A stretch of DNA of 64,000 nucleotides from Escherichia coli (GCF_009931435.1 NZ_CP043414.1), one strand, 5' to 3'. Positions 30,062-41,564 are shown, counted from the stretch's first letter. The notes: a model not told the origin generated them from the sequence alone. A program made the numbers and translations.

Positions 30062-30157
30062 ACCGGCGCAGAGGAGACCATGCCGGATTTAAGACGCGGA
30101 TGCACTGCTGTGTGTACTGTAGAGTCTGGCGGATGTCGACAGACTCTATTTTTTTAT
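30062..30157 (+). ncRNA. mcaS: McaS small regulatory RNA
   Basis: ACCGGCGCAGAGGAGAC...GGATGCACTGCTGTGTGTACTGTAGAGTCTGGCGGATGTCGACAGACTCTATTTTTTTAT, with terminal hairpin plus T-run. Located in the smrA-abgR spacer. Exact ends approximate. Confidence 0.8.
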
Positions 30158-30163
30158 GCAGTT

Positions 30164-31072
30164 TTAACTTTGCAGATAGCCGCTTTCTCGCCGAAATTGC
30201 GTGATTAATGACGCGGTCAGTGGTGTCTGGCGACTATCACGCCGCTGAATCAAATAATAGGCCGCTTTCGGTAAAATTTCGCTAACCGGCAACATCACCA
30301 GCCCCTGTCCGTGCAAGGGATCGCAGCCCATTTCTTCAGGTAGTATGCTGAGAAAATCGCTTTTTGCCACCAGACTGATACAGGCTGAAAACGTCTCGCA
30401 GACTACGCCGACCTGTGGCGTTTGCGCCTGATCGTCAAGCAATTCACTCAACTGTTTGTAGTAGCTGCCGTGTGGCGTCGGCATTGTCCAGCTGTAGTCC
30501 AGTAACTGTTTGATCGAACGGGCACCAATGGCGGGATGTCCTGGGCGGCAAAAGATCGCGAATTGCTTTTCCAGTAATTTCTCAAAAGTAAATTCGTGGT
30601 CGTAGGGTCCCTGATAATAGGTATTGATGGTGAAATCCAGTTCTCCCTGGCGCAATTCATTAATCATCGACACCAGTTGCCCTTCCATAATGCGTACTTT
30701 TACCTGCGGATGCTGCTGATGAAAACGAGATATGACAGCTGGCATCAGACTGCGGGAAATACTGGCCCCCATGCCGATATTAATTTGCCCTGCCAGTTGC
30801 CCTTGTCGTTGGCGAATATCCTCTTGCGCTGCGCGCAGCTCTTCAAGAATAAGACTGGCGTGCTGATAAAAACTTTCACCGGCATCAGTTAACGTCACGC
30901 CTTTACTACGGCGAAAAAAGAGTTGCGCCGCTAACCCTTCTTCCAGCTCCTGAATAGATTTACTCAGTGCCGGTTGCGACATATTCAACATTCGGCTCGC
31001 TCCGCGAATGCTGCCCTGACGAGCCACTTCAACAAAAGCCCGAATTTGATGAATTTTTACCTGAAAAGCCAT
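30164..31072 (-). CDS. abgR: LysR-family transcriptional regulator AbgR
   Basis: 302-aa ORF. N-terminal HTH (IRAFVEVARQGSIRGASRMLNMSQPALSKSIQELEEGL). Divergent from abgA. Confidence 0.94.
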   Translation of the reverse strand: MAFQVKIHQIRAFVEVARQGSIRGASRMLNMSQPALSKSIQELEEGLAAQLFFRRSKGVTLTDAGESFYQHASLILEELRAAQEDIRQRQGQLAGQINIGMGASISRSLMPAVISRFHQQHPQVKVRIMEGQLVSMINELRQGELDFTINTYYQGPYDHEFTFEKLLEKQFAIFCRPGHPAIGARSIKQLLDYSWTMPTPHGSYYKQLSELLDDQAQTPQVGVVCETFSACISLVAKSDFLSILPEEMGCDPLHGQGLVMLPVSEILPKAAYYLIQRRDSRQTPLTASLITQFRRESGYLQS

Positions 31073-31247
31073 GACGCCACCGATAACCGTTATTTATCAG
31101 ACCAAAGAAACTGGCATCTACTTTAATGCAGATGATTGTGTCAGGGTAATTTATGAACGGTTAAAACTGTGAAAAATCAGTTAGTGATAAGTAAAAACTA
31201 TCACTACGTGAACCGGGTCACATTTTTTACTGATGACGGGAAAGGTT

Positions 31248-32558
31248 ATGGAGTCTTTGAATCAATTTGTTAATTCGCTTGCCCCAAGATTATCGCACTG
31301 GCGACGTGATTTTCATCGCTATGCAGAGTCTGGCTGGGTGGAATTCCGCACAGCCACCCTTGTTGCAGAAGAATTGCACCAGCTCGGCTATTCACTGGCG
31401 CTGGGCCGCGAAGTCGTTAATGAAAGTAGTCGGATGGGACTACCTGATGAATTCACTCTACAGCGCGAATTCGAGCGCGCTCTTCAACAAGGTGCGTTAG
31501 CACAATGGATTGCGGCTTTTGAAGGTGGTTTCACTGGCATCGTCGCCACCCTGGATACCGGTCGCCCCGGTCCGGTGATGGCTTTCCGTGTCGATATGGA
31601 CGCGCTGGATCTCAGTGAAGAACGGGATGTCAGCCATCGCCCCTACCGCGACGGTTTTGCGTCATGTAACGCCGGAATGATGCATGCCTGTGGTCATGAT
31701 GGACATACCGCTATTGGGCTTGGGCTGGCGCACACCCTTAAACAGTTCGAGTCCGGACTACATGGCATCATCAAACTGATTTTTCAGCCTGCAGAGGAAG
31801 GTACGCGTGGCGCGCGGGCGATGGTCGATGCAGGTGTAGTGGATGATGTTGATTATTTTACTGCCGTGCACATTGGCACTGGCGTACCTGCGGGCACCGT
31901 GGTGTGCGGCAGTGATAATTTTATGGCAACAACCAAATTTGACGCGTACTTCACCGGGACCGCCGCTCACGCAGGCGCAAAACCAGAAGATGGTCACAAT
32001 GCCTTGTTGGCGGCAGCACAAGCAACTCTTGCACTGCATGCAATCGCCCCGCACAGCGAAGGCGCTTCCAGAGTAAACGTGGGCGTTATGCAGGCAGGAA
32101 GCGGTCGTAATGTGGTTCCCGCCTCAGCGTTGCTGAAAGTGGAAACACGCGGGGCCAGCGACGTCATTAATCAATATGTTTTTGACCGTGCACAACAAGC
32201 GATTCAGGGCGCAGCAGCCATGTATGGTGTCGGCGTTGAAACTCGGCTGATGGGTGCAGCTACCGCCAGTTCTCCTTCGCCGCAATGGGTCGCATGGTTA
32301 CAAAGCCAGGCGGCTCAGGTCGCGGGGGTCAATCAGGCCATTGAACGTGTTGAAGCGCCTGCGGGTTCCGAAGATGCCACATTAATGATGGCCCGCGTGC
32401 AGCGACATCAAGGGCAAGCCTCCTACATGGTATTTGGCACACAGCTGGCGGCAGGTCATCACAACGAAAAATTCGATTTTGACGAGCAGGTTCTCGCTAT
32501 TGCCGTCGAAACGCTGGCGCGCACCGCGCTCAATTTTCCCTGGACGCGAGGTATCTGA
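31248..32558 (+). CDS. abgA: p-Aminobenzoyl-glutamate hydrolase subunit A (M20 peptidase family)
   Basis: 436 aa from MESLNQFVNSLAPRL. M20 metal-binding His/Asp/Glu residues. Stop overlaps the abgB start (TGATG). Confidence 0.94.
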   Translation: MESLNQFVNSLAPRLSHWRRDFHRYAESGWVEFRTATLVAEELHQLGYSLALGREVVNESSRMGLPDEFTLQREFERALQQGALAQWIAAFEGGFTGIVATLDTGRPGPVMAFRVDMDALDLSEERDVSHRPYRDGFASCNAGMMHACGHDGHTAIGLGLAHTLKQFESGLHGIIKLIFQPAEEGTRGARAMVDAGVVDDVDYFTAVHIGTGVPAGTVVCGSDNFMATTKFDAYFTGTAAHAGAKPEDGHNALLAAAQATLALHAIAPHSEGASRVNVGVMQAGSGRNVVPASALLKVETRGASDVINQYVFDRAQQAIQGAAAMYGVGVETRLMGAATASSPSPQWVAWLQSQAAQVAGVNQAIERVEAPAGSEDATLMMARVQRHQGQASYMVFGTQLAAGHHNEKFDFDEQVLAIAVETLARTALNFPWTRGI

Positions 32559-34003
32559 TGCAGGAAATCTATCGTTTTATCGACGATGCGATTGAAGCCG
32601 ATCGCCAACGTTATACCGATATTGCTGATCAAATCTGGGATCATCCAGAAACACGTTTTGAAGAGTTCTGGTCAGCGGAACATCTGGCTTCGGCGCTGGA
32701 ATCTGCAGGCTTCACCGTGACTCGCAACGTAGGCAATATCCCAAATGCCTTTATTGCTTCGTTTGGTCAAGACAAACCGGTTATCGCCTTGCTGGGGGAA
32801 TATGACGCCCTGGCAGGTTTAAGTCAGCAAGCAGGTTGCGCGCAGCCTACATCCACGACGCCCGGTGAAAATGGTCACGGTTGCGGACACAATTTGCTCG
32901 GAACCGCCGCCTTTGCCGCAGCAATAGCCGTCAAGAAATGGCTGGAACAATATGGGCAAGGCGGCACGGTGCGCTTTTATGGTTGTCCTGGCGAAGAAGG
33001 CGGCTCGGGTAAAACGTTCATGGTCCGCGAGGGGGTATTTGATGATGTGGATGCGGCACTCACCTGGCACCCGGAAGCCTTTGCCGGTATGTTCAATACC
33101 CGCACGCTGGCAAATATTCAAGCATCATGGCGCTTTAAAGGGATCGCAGCACATGCTGCAAATTCCCCTCATTTGGGACGCAGCGCCCTTGATGCCGTAA
33201 CGTTGATGACCACTGGCACCAACTTCCTCAACGAACATATTATTGAAAAAGCGCGCGTACACTATGCCATCACAGAGAGCGGCGGGATCTCGCCCAACGT
33301 GGTCCAGGCGCAGGCAGAAGTGCTTTATCTTATCCGCGCCCCCGAAATGACCGACGTGCAGCATATTTATGATCGGGTAGCCAAAATCGCCGAAGGTGCG
33401 GCATTGATGACCGAAACCACGGTTGAATGCCGCTTCGACAAAGCCTGTTCCAGTTATCTCCCTAATCGCACCTTAGAAAAGGCCATGTACCAGGCTCTGT
33501 CCCATTTTGGAACCCCTGAATGGAAATCCGAAGAACTGGCTTTTGCGAAACAAATTCAGGCTACGCTCACCCCCAACGATCGGCAAAACAGTCTGAATAA
33601 TATCGCCGCAACCGGTGGAGAAAACGGCAAGGCTTTTGCAATACGTCATCGTGAAACGGTACTGGCGAATGAAGTCGCTCCATATGCCGCCACCGATAAC
33701 GTGCTTGCGGCATCGACTGATGTCGGCGACGTCAGTTGGAAACTGCCTGTTGCCCAGTGTTTCAGCCCCTGTTTCGCCGTCGGTACACCGCTACATACGT
33801 GGCAACTGGTTAGCCAGGGGCGAACGTCTATTGCTCATAAAGGAATGCTGCTGGCGGCGAAAACTATGGCAGCAACCACACTCAATCTCTTCACTGTTTC
33901 AGGGCTATTGCAAGAATGCCAACAAGAGCATCAGCAAGTTACGGACACGCAACCGTATCACTGCCCTATTCCGAAAAACGTGACACCGTCACCTTTAAAA
34001 TAA
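32558..34003 (+). CDS. abgB: p-Aminobenzoyl-glutamate hydrolase subunit B (M20 peptidase family)
   Basis: 481-aa ORF, MQEIYRFIDDAIEADRQRY..., M20 family. Confidence 0.94.
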   Translation: MQEIYRFIDDAIEADRQRYTDIADQIWDHPETRFEEFWSAEHLASALESAGFTVTRNVGNIPNAFIASFGQDKPVIALLGEYDALAGLSQQAGCAQPTSTTPGENGHGCGHNLLGTAAFAAAIAVKKWLEQYGQGGTVRFYGCPGEEGGSGKTFMVREGVFDDVDAALTWHPEAFAGMFNTRTLANIQASWRFKGIAAHAANSPHLGRSALDAVTLMTTGTNFLNEHIIEKARVHYAITESGGISPNVVQAQAEVLYLIRAPEMTDVQHIYDRVAKIAEGAALMTETTVECRFDKACSSYLPNRTLEKAMYQALSHFGTPEWKSEELAFAKQIQATLTPNDRQNSLNNIAATGGENGKAFAIRHRETVLANEVAPYAATDNVLAASTDVGDVSWKLPVAQCFSPCFAVGTPLHTWQLVSQGRTSIAHKGMLLAAKTMAATTLNLFTVSGLLQECQQEHQQVTDTQPYHCPIPKNVTPSPLK

Positions 34004-34039
34004 CAACAACAACGCAAACACAACAATCGAGGAATGCCC

Positions 34040-35566
34040 ATGAGTATGTCATCCATACCGTCGTCCTCCCAATCCGGGAAGCTCTATGGCTGGGTCGAAA
34101 GAATTGGTAACAAGGTTCCCCATCCTTTTTTGCTCTTTATCTATTTGATTATCGTACTCATGGTGACGACGGCAATTTTGTCGGCCTTTGGCGTCAGTGC
34201 GAAAAACCCGACCGATGGTACGCCAGTGGTCGTGAAAAACCTGCTCAGTGTGGAAGGATTACACTGGTTTTTACCCAATGTTATTAAAAACTTTAGCGGT
34301 TTTGCTCCACTTGGCGCGATCCTGGCGCTGGTTTTAGGTGCCGGTCTGGCGGAGCGCGTCGGCTTACTGCCAGCGTTGATGGTTAAAATGGCATCGCATG
34401 TGAATGCTCGCTACGCCAGTTATATGGCGCTGTTTATTGCTTTTTTCAGCCACATTTCTTCCGATGCGGCGTTAGTGATCATGCCACCGATGGGTGCGCT
34501 GATTTTTCTGGCGGTGGGCAGGCATCCAGTTGCAGGCTTACTGGCCGCCATTGCAGGCGTAGGTTGCGGCTTTACGGCTAATTTACTGATTGTCACAACC
34601 GACGTGTTGCTGTCGGGGATCAGCACGGAGGCTGCGGCTGCGTTCAATCCGCAAATGCACGTCAGTGTAATTGATAACTGGTATTTTATGGCCAGCTCCG
34701 TAGTCGTACTGACGATTGTTGGCGGCCTGATAACCGACAAAATCATTGAGCCGCGGTTAGGTCAATGGCAGGGAAATTGCGATGAGAAACTGCAAACCTT
34801 GACCGAAAGTCAGCGTTTTGGTTTACGCATATCAGGTGTCGTATCGCTACTTTTTATTGCCGCAATTGCGCTGATGGTGATCCCGGAAAATGGGATATTG
34901 CGCGATCCGATTAATCACACCGTGATGCCATCCCCCTTTATTAAAGGTATCGTGCCACTGATCATTCTCTTTTTCTTTGTGGTTTCGCTGGCTTATGGCA
35001 TCGCTACCCGCACAATTCGACGTCAGGCGGATTTACCGCATTTAATGATTGAACCGATGAAAGAGATGGCGGGATTTATCGTGATGGTTTTTCCCCTGGC
35101 CCAGTTTGTCGCCATGTTTAACTGGAGCAACATGGGGAAATTCATCGCGGTGGGGCTGACCGATATACTCGAAAGTTCAGGGCTTAGCGGCATCCCGGCG
35201 TTTGTCGGTCTGGCGTTGCTTTCCTCTTTCTTATGCATGTTTATCGCCAGCGGTTCCGCAATCTGGTCGATTCTGGCCCCCATTTTCGTACCAATGTTTA
35301 TGCTACTTGGCTTTCACCCGGCATTTGCGCAAATCCTCTTTCGTATTGCCGACTCATCCGTATTGCCTTTAGCGCCGGTATCTCCTTTTGTTCCACTGTT
35401 TCTTGGATTCCTGCAACGCTACAAACCTGACGCGAAACTGGGTACTTACTATTCGTTAGTTTTGCCCTATCCACTTTTCTTTTTGGTGGTATGGCTGCTG
35501 ATGTTGCTGGCGTGGTATCTTGTCGGTCTGCCGATAGGTCCGGGGATTTACCCTCGTTTGTCTTAA
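34040..35566 (+). CDS. abgT: p-Aminobenzoyl-glutamate transporter AbgT
   Basis: About 508-aa polytopic membrane protein. Start taken at the ATG encoding MSMSSIPSS; an in-frame ATG two codons upstream (34034) is the alternative. Confidence 0.92.
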   Translation: MSMSSIPSSSQSGKLYGWVERIGNKVPHPFLLFIYLIIVLMVTTAILSAFGVSAKNPTDGTPVVVKNLLSVEGLHWFLPNVIKNFSGFAPLGAILALVLGAGLAERVGLLPALMVKMASHVNARYASYMALFIAFFSHISSDAALVIMPPMGALIFLAVGRHPVAGLLAAIAGVGCGFTANLLIVTTDVLLSGISTEAAAAFNPQMHVSVIDNWYFMASSVVVLTIVGGLITDKIIEPRLGQWQGNCDEKLQTLTESQRFGLRISGVVSLLFIAAIALMVIPENGILRDPINHTVMPSPFIKGIVPLIILFFFVVSLAYGIATRTIRRQADLPHLMIEPMKEMAGFIVMVFPLAQFVAMFNWSNMGKFIAVGLTDILESSGLSGIPAFVGLALLSSFLCMFIASGSAIWSILAPIFVPMFMLLGFHPAFAQILFRIADSSVLPLAPVSPFVPLFLGFLQRYKPDAKLGTYYSLVLPYPLFFLVVWLLMLLAWYLVGLPIGPGIYPRLS

Positions 35567-35576
35567 GAGAGAACGG

Positions 35577-36092
35577 ATGCTGAGATTACTTGAAGAAAAA
35601 ATTGCCACGCCACTAGGTCCACTGTGGGTGATTTGCGATGAGCAATTTCACTTGCGGGCGGTTGAATGGGAAGAGTACAGCGAACGCATGGTGCAGCTGC
35701 TGGACATCCATTACCGCAAAGAAGGCTATGAGCGCATTTCTGCCACCAACCCAGGTGGTTTAAGCGACAAGCTTCGTGAATATTTTGCCGGTAATCTTAG
35801 CATTATTGATACGCTTCCCACTGCCACGGGGGGGACGCCATTTCAGCGCGAAGTCTGGAAAACATTACGCACAATCCCCTGCGGGCAGGTAATGCATTAC
35901 GGCCAACTGGCTGAACAATTGGGCCGCCCCGGCGCGGCGCGTGCCGTAGGTGCGGCAAATGGATCGAATCCCATCAGCATTGTTGTGCCTTGTCATCGGG
36001 TCATTGGCAGAAACGGTACCATGACCGGATATGCAGGCGGAGTTCAGCGAAAAGAGTGGTTATTACGCCACGAAGGTTATCTTTTGCTGTAA
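35577..36092 (+). CDS. ogt: O6-alkylguanine-DNA alkyltransferase
   Basis: 171-aa ORF with active-site PCHRV motif ([13 protein letters not shown]). Confidence 0.96.
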   Translation: MLRLLEEKIATPLGPLWVICDEQFHLRAVEWEEYSERMVQLLDIHYRKEGYERISATNPGGLSDKLREYFAGNLSIIDTLPTATGGTPFQREVWKTLRTIPCGQVMHYGQLAEQLGRPGAARAVGAANGSNPISIVVPCHRVIGRNGTMTGYAGGVQRKEWLLRHEGYLLL

Positions 36093-36253
36093 ACATTAAA
36101 CAATTTGTGCCAGCTTGTTCACACTTTTATGTAAAGTTACCCTTAATAACTTAAGGGTTTTCAAATAGATAGACATATATTTACATCTAATATCGGAATT
36201 CTCTGCTGTTAAGGTTTGCTTAGACTTACTTGCTCCCTAAAAAGATGTTAAAA

Positions 36254-36267
36254 TTGACAAATATCAA
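36254..36267. promoter_or_regulatory. FNR box in the fnr promoter (autoregulation)
   Basis: TTGACAAATATCAA, a near-perfect TTGAT-N4-ATCAA palindrome 20 bp upstream of the fnr ATG. Confidence 0.75.
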
Positions 36268-36286
36268 TTACGGCTTGAGCAGACCT

Positions 36287-37039
36287 ATGATCCCGGAAAA
36301 GCGAATTATACGGCGCATTCAGTCTGGCGGTTGTGCTATCCATTGCCAGGATTGCAGCATCAGCCAGCTTTGCATCCCGTTCACACTCAACGAACATGAG
36401 CTTGATCAGCTTGATAATATCATTGAGCGAAAGAAGCCTATTCAGAAAGGCCAGACGCTGTTTAAGGCTGGTGATGAACTTAAATCGCTTTATGCCATCC
36501 GCTCCGGTACGATTAAAAGTTATACCATTACTGAGCAAGGCGACGAGCAAATCACTGGTTTCCATTTAGCTGGTGACCTGGTGGGATTTGATGCAATCGG
36601 CAGCGGTCATCACCCGAGCTTCGCGCAGGCGCTGGAAACCTCGATGGTATGTGAAATTCCGTTCGAAACGCTGGACGATTTGTCCGGTAAAATGCCGAAT
36701 CTGCGTCAGCAGATGATGCGTCTGATGAGCGGTGAAATCAAAGGCGATCAGGACATGATCCTGCTGTTGTCGAAGAAAAATGCCGAGGAGCGTCTGGCTG
36801 CATTCATCTACAACCTGTCCCGTCGTTTTGCCCAACGCGGCTTCTCCCCTCGTGAATTCCGCCTGACGATGACTCGTGGCGATATCGGTAACTATCTGGG
36901 CCTGACGGTAGAAACCATCAGCCGTCTGCTGGGTCGCTTCCAGAAAAGCGGCATGCTTGCAGTCAAAGGTAAATACATCACCATCGAAAATAACGATGCG
37001 CTGGCCCAGCTTGCTGGTCACACGCGTAACGTTGCCTGA
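36287..37039 (+). CDS. fnr: Global anaerobic regulator FNR (CRP/FNR family)
   Basis: 250 aa from [29 protein letters not shown] (Fe-S cluster cysteines), C-terminal HTH. The track ORF is extended upstream. Confidence 0.97.
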
Positions 37040-37190
37040 TTCTTCCGCATAACTCACTATCCTTCTGTCATATCATTAAATTTTTCTGATTTATTGATCT
37101 GACAGAAGGTTCATCACTGTTTCATTCACCAGATATGGGTTAATCTTTTAATTACAAACTGCGTTGACAGTTGTTGTAAGGAGACCCTGT

Positions 37191-38141
37191 ATGGCTATGT
37201 ATCAGAACATGCTCGTTGTTATCGATCCCAACCAGGACGACCAACCAGCATTGCGGCGAGCTGTTTATTTACATCAACGGATTGGTGGCAAAATTAAAGC
37301 CTTTTTGCCGATCTATGACTTCTCATACGAAATGACCACCCTGCTCTCCCCGGACGAACGTACCGCTATGCGTCAGGGCGTCATCAGCCAGCGAACAGCC
37401 TGGATCCACGAGCAGGCAAAATATTATCTCAATGCTGGCGTTCCCATTGAAATTAAAGTGGTCTGGCATAACCGTCCATTCGAAGCCATCATTCAGGAAG
37501 TGATCAGCGGCGGACACGATTTGGTGCTAAAAATGGCGCACCAACATGACCGTCTGGAAGCGGTGATTTTTACGCCAACGGACTGGCATCTGTTACGCAA
37601 ATGCCCAAGCCCGGTGTGGATGGTGAAAGACCAGCCGTGGCCGGAAGGGGGTAAGGCGCTGGTGGCGGTGAATCTCGCCAGTGAAGAGCCGTACCATAAT
37701 GCGCTCAATGAAAAACTGGTTAAAGAGACGATCGAACTGGCGGAACAAGTTAATCATACCGAAGTTCATCTGGTAGGCGCTTATCCGGTAACGCCAATTA
37801 ATATCGCGATTGAACTGCCGGAATTTGACCCGAGCGTTTATAACGATGCCATTCGTGGGCAACATTTGCTGGCTATGAAAGCCCTGCGGCAGAAATTCGG
37901 CATTAATGAAAACATGACGCACGTAGAAAAAGGTCTACCAGAAGAGGTGATTCCTGATTTGGCGGAGCACTTACAGGCGGGGATTGTGGTTCTGGGCACG
38001 GTCGGACGCACCGGTATTTCAGCAGCATTCCTTGGCAACACGGCGGAACAGGTGATTGATCATCTTCGCTGCGACCTGCTGGTCATTAAACCTGACCAGT
38101 ATCAGACACCCGTTGAACTGGATGACGAAGAAGACGATTAA
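37191..38141 (+). CDS. uspE: Universal stress protein E (tandem Usp domains)
   Basis: 316 aa from [27 protein letters not shown] at 37191 preceded by SD aaggag. Confidence 0.94.
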   Translation: MAMYQNMLVVIDPNQDDQPALRRAVYLHQRIGGKIKAFLPIYDFSYEMTTLLSPDERTAMRQGVISQRTAWIHEQAKYYLNAGVPIEIKVVWHNRPFEAIIQEVISGGHDLVLKMAHQHDRLEAVIFTPTDWHLLRKCPSPVWMVKDQPWPEGGKALVAVNLASEEPYHNALNEKLVKETIELAEQVNHTEVHLVGAYPVTPINIAIELPEFDPSVYNDAIRGQHLLAMKALRQKFGINENMTHVEKGLPEEVIPDLAEHLQAGIVVLGTVGRTGISAAFLGNTAEQVIDHLRCDLLVIKPDQYQTPVELDDEEDD

Positions 38142-38161
38142 CGACTCTTCAATAACTGACA

Positions 38162-38189
38162 AGGCCCGAGTTAACGGGCCTATTTTTTA
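38162..38189 (+). terminator. Rho-independent terminator after uspE
   Basis: Hairpin ggcccgagttaacgggcc followed by tattttttac. Confidence 0.75.
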
Positions 38190-38190
38190 C

Positions 38191-38448
38191 TTACTGCTCT
38201 TCGCCGCCAAGGAAATAAATTCCCAACGGGATTGCCAGCAACACAGTAAAGACCAGGCTATAAACAAAAATCATTGATGACTGAATCACATACATTGATG
38301 TCGTCCACTCAGACAGCGGAATATTGTACTGTTCTATCACGCCGCCGATGGTCGCGCGAGTCACAACCGACGCCGCAATAATGAAAACCGCCAACAAACC
38401 AAAGAGAAATTTCTTCCCTTTCGCTGACTTCAGTTTCGCCATGATCAT
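38191..38448 (-). CDS. ynaJ: YnaJ small inner-membrane protein (DUF2534)
   Basis: 85-aa ORF with two predicted TM helices. Convergent with uspE. Confidence 0.82.
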   Translation of the reverse strand: MIMAKLKSAKGKKFLFGLLAVFIIAASVVTRATIGGVIEQYNIPLSEWTTSMYVIQSSMIFVYSLVFTVLLAIPLGIYFLGGEEQ

Positions 38449-38691
38449 GATGTAATCCTTGTGCAGACAAATTTCTTGTTACCTAACCGTAACAATACCA
38501 TGACATTTCACCGTTGTCTGCTCTGAAAACCTCACCTCTTAGCTGGATTTACAATCAACGCATTGATTAGTTAGCTAATGTTGCTACTTCCTTCCCTGAC
38601 TATTGATGATCTGAATGAATTGTCGCGGTAAAATATCCCCGCCAGGGGTTTCCGGCATGACGACAATTATCTGGAGGAGCCTGATAAAACA

Positions 38692-39723
38692 ATGATCGCT
38701 GAACTGTTTACAAATAATGCGCTTAATCTGGTCATTATTTTCGGTAGCTGCGCAGCATTGATTCTGATGAGCTTTTGGTTTCGCCGCGGAAATCGTAAAA
38801 GAAAAGGATTTTTATTCCATGCGGTGCAATTTTTAATCTACACCATAATTATCAGTGCTGTTGGTAGCATCATTAATTATGTTATAGAAAACTATAAACT
38901 CAAATTTATCACCCCAGGCGTTATCGATTTTATCTGTACGTCCCTGATTGCGGTTATTCTGACGATTAAACTATTTCTGCTGATAAATCAGTTTGAAAAA
39001 CAGCAGATTAAAAAAGGTCGCGATATCACCAGTGCGCGGATTATGTCGCGTATTATCAAAATCACCATTATTGTGGTACTTGTTTTGCTTTATGGCGAAC
39101 ATTTCGGTATGAGCCTTTCTGGCTTGCTGACCTTTGGTGGTATTGGTGGTCTGGCTGTCGGTATGGCCGGTAAAGATATTTTGAGTAACTTCTTTTCCGG
39201 GATTATGCTCTATTTCGACCGTCCTTTTAGTATTGGCGACTGGATCCGTTCACCGGACAGAAATATCGAAGGTACAGTAGCGGAAATTGGCTGGCGAATT
39301 ACCAAAATTACGACCTTTGATAATCGTCCGTTATACGTCCCGAACTCGCTGTTTTCGTCTATCAGCGTAGAAAACCCAGGACGAATGACCAACCGACGTA
39401 TTACCACGACAATCGGTTTACGTTATGAGGATGCGGCAAAAGTGGGAGCCATTGTCGAAGCCGTACGTGAGATGCTTAAAAATCACCCAGCCATCGACCA
39501 GCGACAAACCTTACTGGTTTATTTCAACCAGTTTGCTGACTCGTCATTGAATATTATGGTTTATTGCTTTACCAAAACCACAGTATGGGCTGAATGGCTT
39601 GCCGCCCAGCAGGATGTTTATTTGAAGATTATCGATATTGTACAGTCACACGGCGCGGATTTCGCGTTCCCAAGCCAGACGCTGTATATGGATAACATTA
39701 CACCACCAGACCAGGGTCGTTAA
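38692..39723 (+). CDS. ynaI: MscS-family mechanosensitive channel YnaI
   Basis: 343-aa ORF. N-terminal TM helices, then the conserved MscS beta-domain ([11 protein letters not shown]...[26 protein letters not shown]). Confidence 0.94.
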   Translation: MIAELFTNNALNLVIIFGSCAALILMSFWFRRGNRKRKGFLFHAVQFLIYTIIISAVGSIINYVIENYKLKFITPGVIDFICTSLIAVILTIKLFLLINQFEKQQIKKGRDITSARIMSRIIKITIIVVLVLLYGEHFGMSLSGLLTFGGIGGLAVGMAGKDILSNFFSGIMLYFDRPFSIGDWIRSPDRNIEGTVAEIGWRITKITTFDNRPLYVPNSLFSSISVENPGRMTNRRITTTIGLRYEDAAKVGAIVEAVREMLKNHPAIDQRQTLLVYFNQFADSSLNIMVYCFTKTTVWAEWLAAQQDVYLKIIDIVQSHGADFAFPSQTLYMDNITPPDQGR

Positions 39724-39734
39724 TTCAGACATCA

Positions 39735-39762
39735 CTGGCGTTACCCACAAGGGTAACGCCAG
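39735..39762. terminator. Putative bidirectional terminator hairpin between ynaI and mppA
   Basis: 12-bp perfect stem ctggcgttaccc-acaa-gggtaacgccag; no clean T-run on either side. Confidence 0.4.
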
Positions 39763-39768
39763 TTCACA

Positions 39769-41382
39769 TCAATGTTTCACAATATACATAGTCCGGCTAT
39801 ACGCCACATCTTCCGGGTTATTAATGGGATAACCTTTCAGCCACGGCTTGATTAATCGTCCATTGGTATATTGATAAATTGGTGCAATCGGTGCTTGCTC
39901 CATGAGGATTTTTTCTGCCGCATTGTAATCGGCATTACGCGCTTTAACGGTATTTTCCGTTGATGCCTGGGCCAAAACTTTGTCGTAGGCCGGGTTGTTA
40001 AAACGTGAAATGTTCCCTGAATGCGTTGACGTTAATAATGTCAGGAAGGTGGAGGGTTCATTATAATCCCCCACCCACGAGGCGCGGATAACATCAAAAT
40101 TACCTGTATTACGACTATCGATATAGGTTTTCCATTCCTGATTTTGCAGTTTGACATCTACACCAAGGTTCTTTTTCCACATCGATGCCACAGCAATCGC
40201 AATTTTTTGATGGTTTTCTGAAGTATTATACAAAAGCGTCAGCTTCAGCGGTTTTTGCGGACCATAACCGGCTGCGCTCAACAAAGTTTTTGCCTGCGCA
40301 TTCAGTTCTTCCTGACTCATTTGTTCAAACGGCGAAGGCTCCGGCGTGAATCCGGCAGTAACATCTGGCGTAAAATGCCACGCTGGTTTTTCGCCCGTCC
40401 CCAACACTTTTTCGGTCATCAGGCGGCGATCTATCGTCATACTTAATGCCAGACGAACGCGCTGATCTGCCGTCGGCCCTTTTTGCGTGTTAAACGCATA
40501 ATAATAGGTCCCGAGCTGCGGCGGTGTATAAACCTGCCCCGGAATATCCTTCAACAGCTTCTGATACATATTTTTTGGGAAGGATTCGGTGATATCAATA
40601 TCCCCCGCAAGATAACGCTTAGTGGCTGCGGATTCCTGATTAATTGGCAGGAAGGTCACTTTTTGCAACACCGTTTTGGCGTTATCCCAATAATGAGTAT
40701 TTGGCACCACGACCAGTTTTTCATTGACTACACGCTCTTTAAGAACATAAGCGCCATTGCCGACCAGATTTCCGGGTTTCGTCCACTCTTTCCCGCTTTC
40801 TACGTTAGCTTTTTGCACCGGGAAGAAGGCAAAATTGGCTGTTAAATTCACAAACCATGGCAACGGTTTATCAAGCTGGATTTTCAAAGTACGGGCATCA
40901 ACCGCGGTGACGCCTAGCTGATCAGGCGTAGCTTTACCATCAATAATCGCCTGTGCGTTGTTGATTCCCGCCAGCGCGGCAAACCAGGCAAACGGCGACA
41001 ACGTTTTTGGGTCAACCAGACGTTGCCAGCTGTAGACAAAATCCTGTGCCGTTACCGGTGTGCCATCCGCCCATTTTGCGTTATCGCGCAGGGTGAAAGT
41101 CCAGATACGGTTGTCATTACTTTTCCACTGAGTCGCAACGCCGGGGACAATCTCCCCTTTCTCGTTCTGATTCACCAGTCCTTCAAAAAGATCGCGAATG
41201 ACCTGAATCTCTGGCAGACCCACGGCTTTAGCGGGATCCAGCGACGCAGGCTCATCTTTAATATGGCGCACCAGCTCCTGCTTCTCTGCCAGTACTGTGC
41301 CGCTCGGAACTTCTGCAGCATACGAAAGAGAAATGCTGCTGACCAACAGCGCACAACACGTGACTGAAACAGAGTGCTTCAT
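39769..41382 (-). CDS. mppA: Periplasmic murein tripeptide-binding protein MppA (ABC substrate-binding family 5)
   Basis: 537-aa ORF, signal peptide MKHSVSVTCCALLVSSISLSYA, OppA-like solute-binding protein. Confidence 0.95.
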   Translation of the reverse strand: MKHSVSVTCCALLVSSISLSYAAEVPSGTVLAEKQELVRHIKDEPASLDPAKAVGLPEIQVIRDLFEGLVNQNEKGEIVPGVATQWKSNDNRIWTFTLRDNAKWADGTPVTAQDFVYSWQRLVDPKTLSPFAWFAALAGINNAQAIIDGKATPDQLGVTAVDARTLKIQLDKPLPWFVNLTANFAFFPVQKANVESGKEWTKPGNLVGNGAYVLKERVVNEKLVVVPNTHYWDNAKTVLQKVTFLPINQESAATKRYLAGDIDITESFPKNMYQKLLKDIPGQVYTPPQLGTYYYAFNTQKGPTADQRVRLALSMTIDRRLMTEKVLGTGEKPAWHFTPDVTAGFTPEPSPFEQMSQEELNAQAKTLLSAAGYGPQKPLKLTLLYNTSENHQKIAIAVASMWKKNLGVDVKLQNQEWKTYIDSRNTGNFDVIRASWVGDYNEPSTFLTLLTSTHSGNISRFNNPAYDKVLAQASTENTVKARNADYNAAEKILMEQAPIAPIYQYTNGRLIKPWLKGYPINNPEDVAYSRTMYIVKH

Positions 41383-41564
41383 AAGTTACCCTCAAACCTG
41401 CGTTAATAATCATGCGTAATTATTTGTTTCGCCTTAAAGAAATGCAAACAACTTCCGGCAAAAAAGTGATACAAGATCGATAACATAGCGTTGAAGAAAA
41501 GGATTTGATAATCCGCAAAATTTGCACAACACTGCCTGTAATACTTCCTGAACCAGAGACGATC

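Noticed and set aside
36566-37057. 163-aa minus-strand ORF antisense to fnr
   Set aside because: It overlaps fnr, whose identity is unambiguous. Antisense artefact.
37061-37116. Inverted repeat ccttctgtca ... tgacagaagg downstream of fnr as a terminator
   Set aside because: The loop is about 34 nt, with no U-run in the expected position. It is not convincing as an intrinsic terminator and is more likely a promoter or operator region for uspE.
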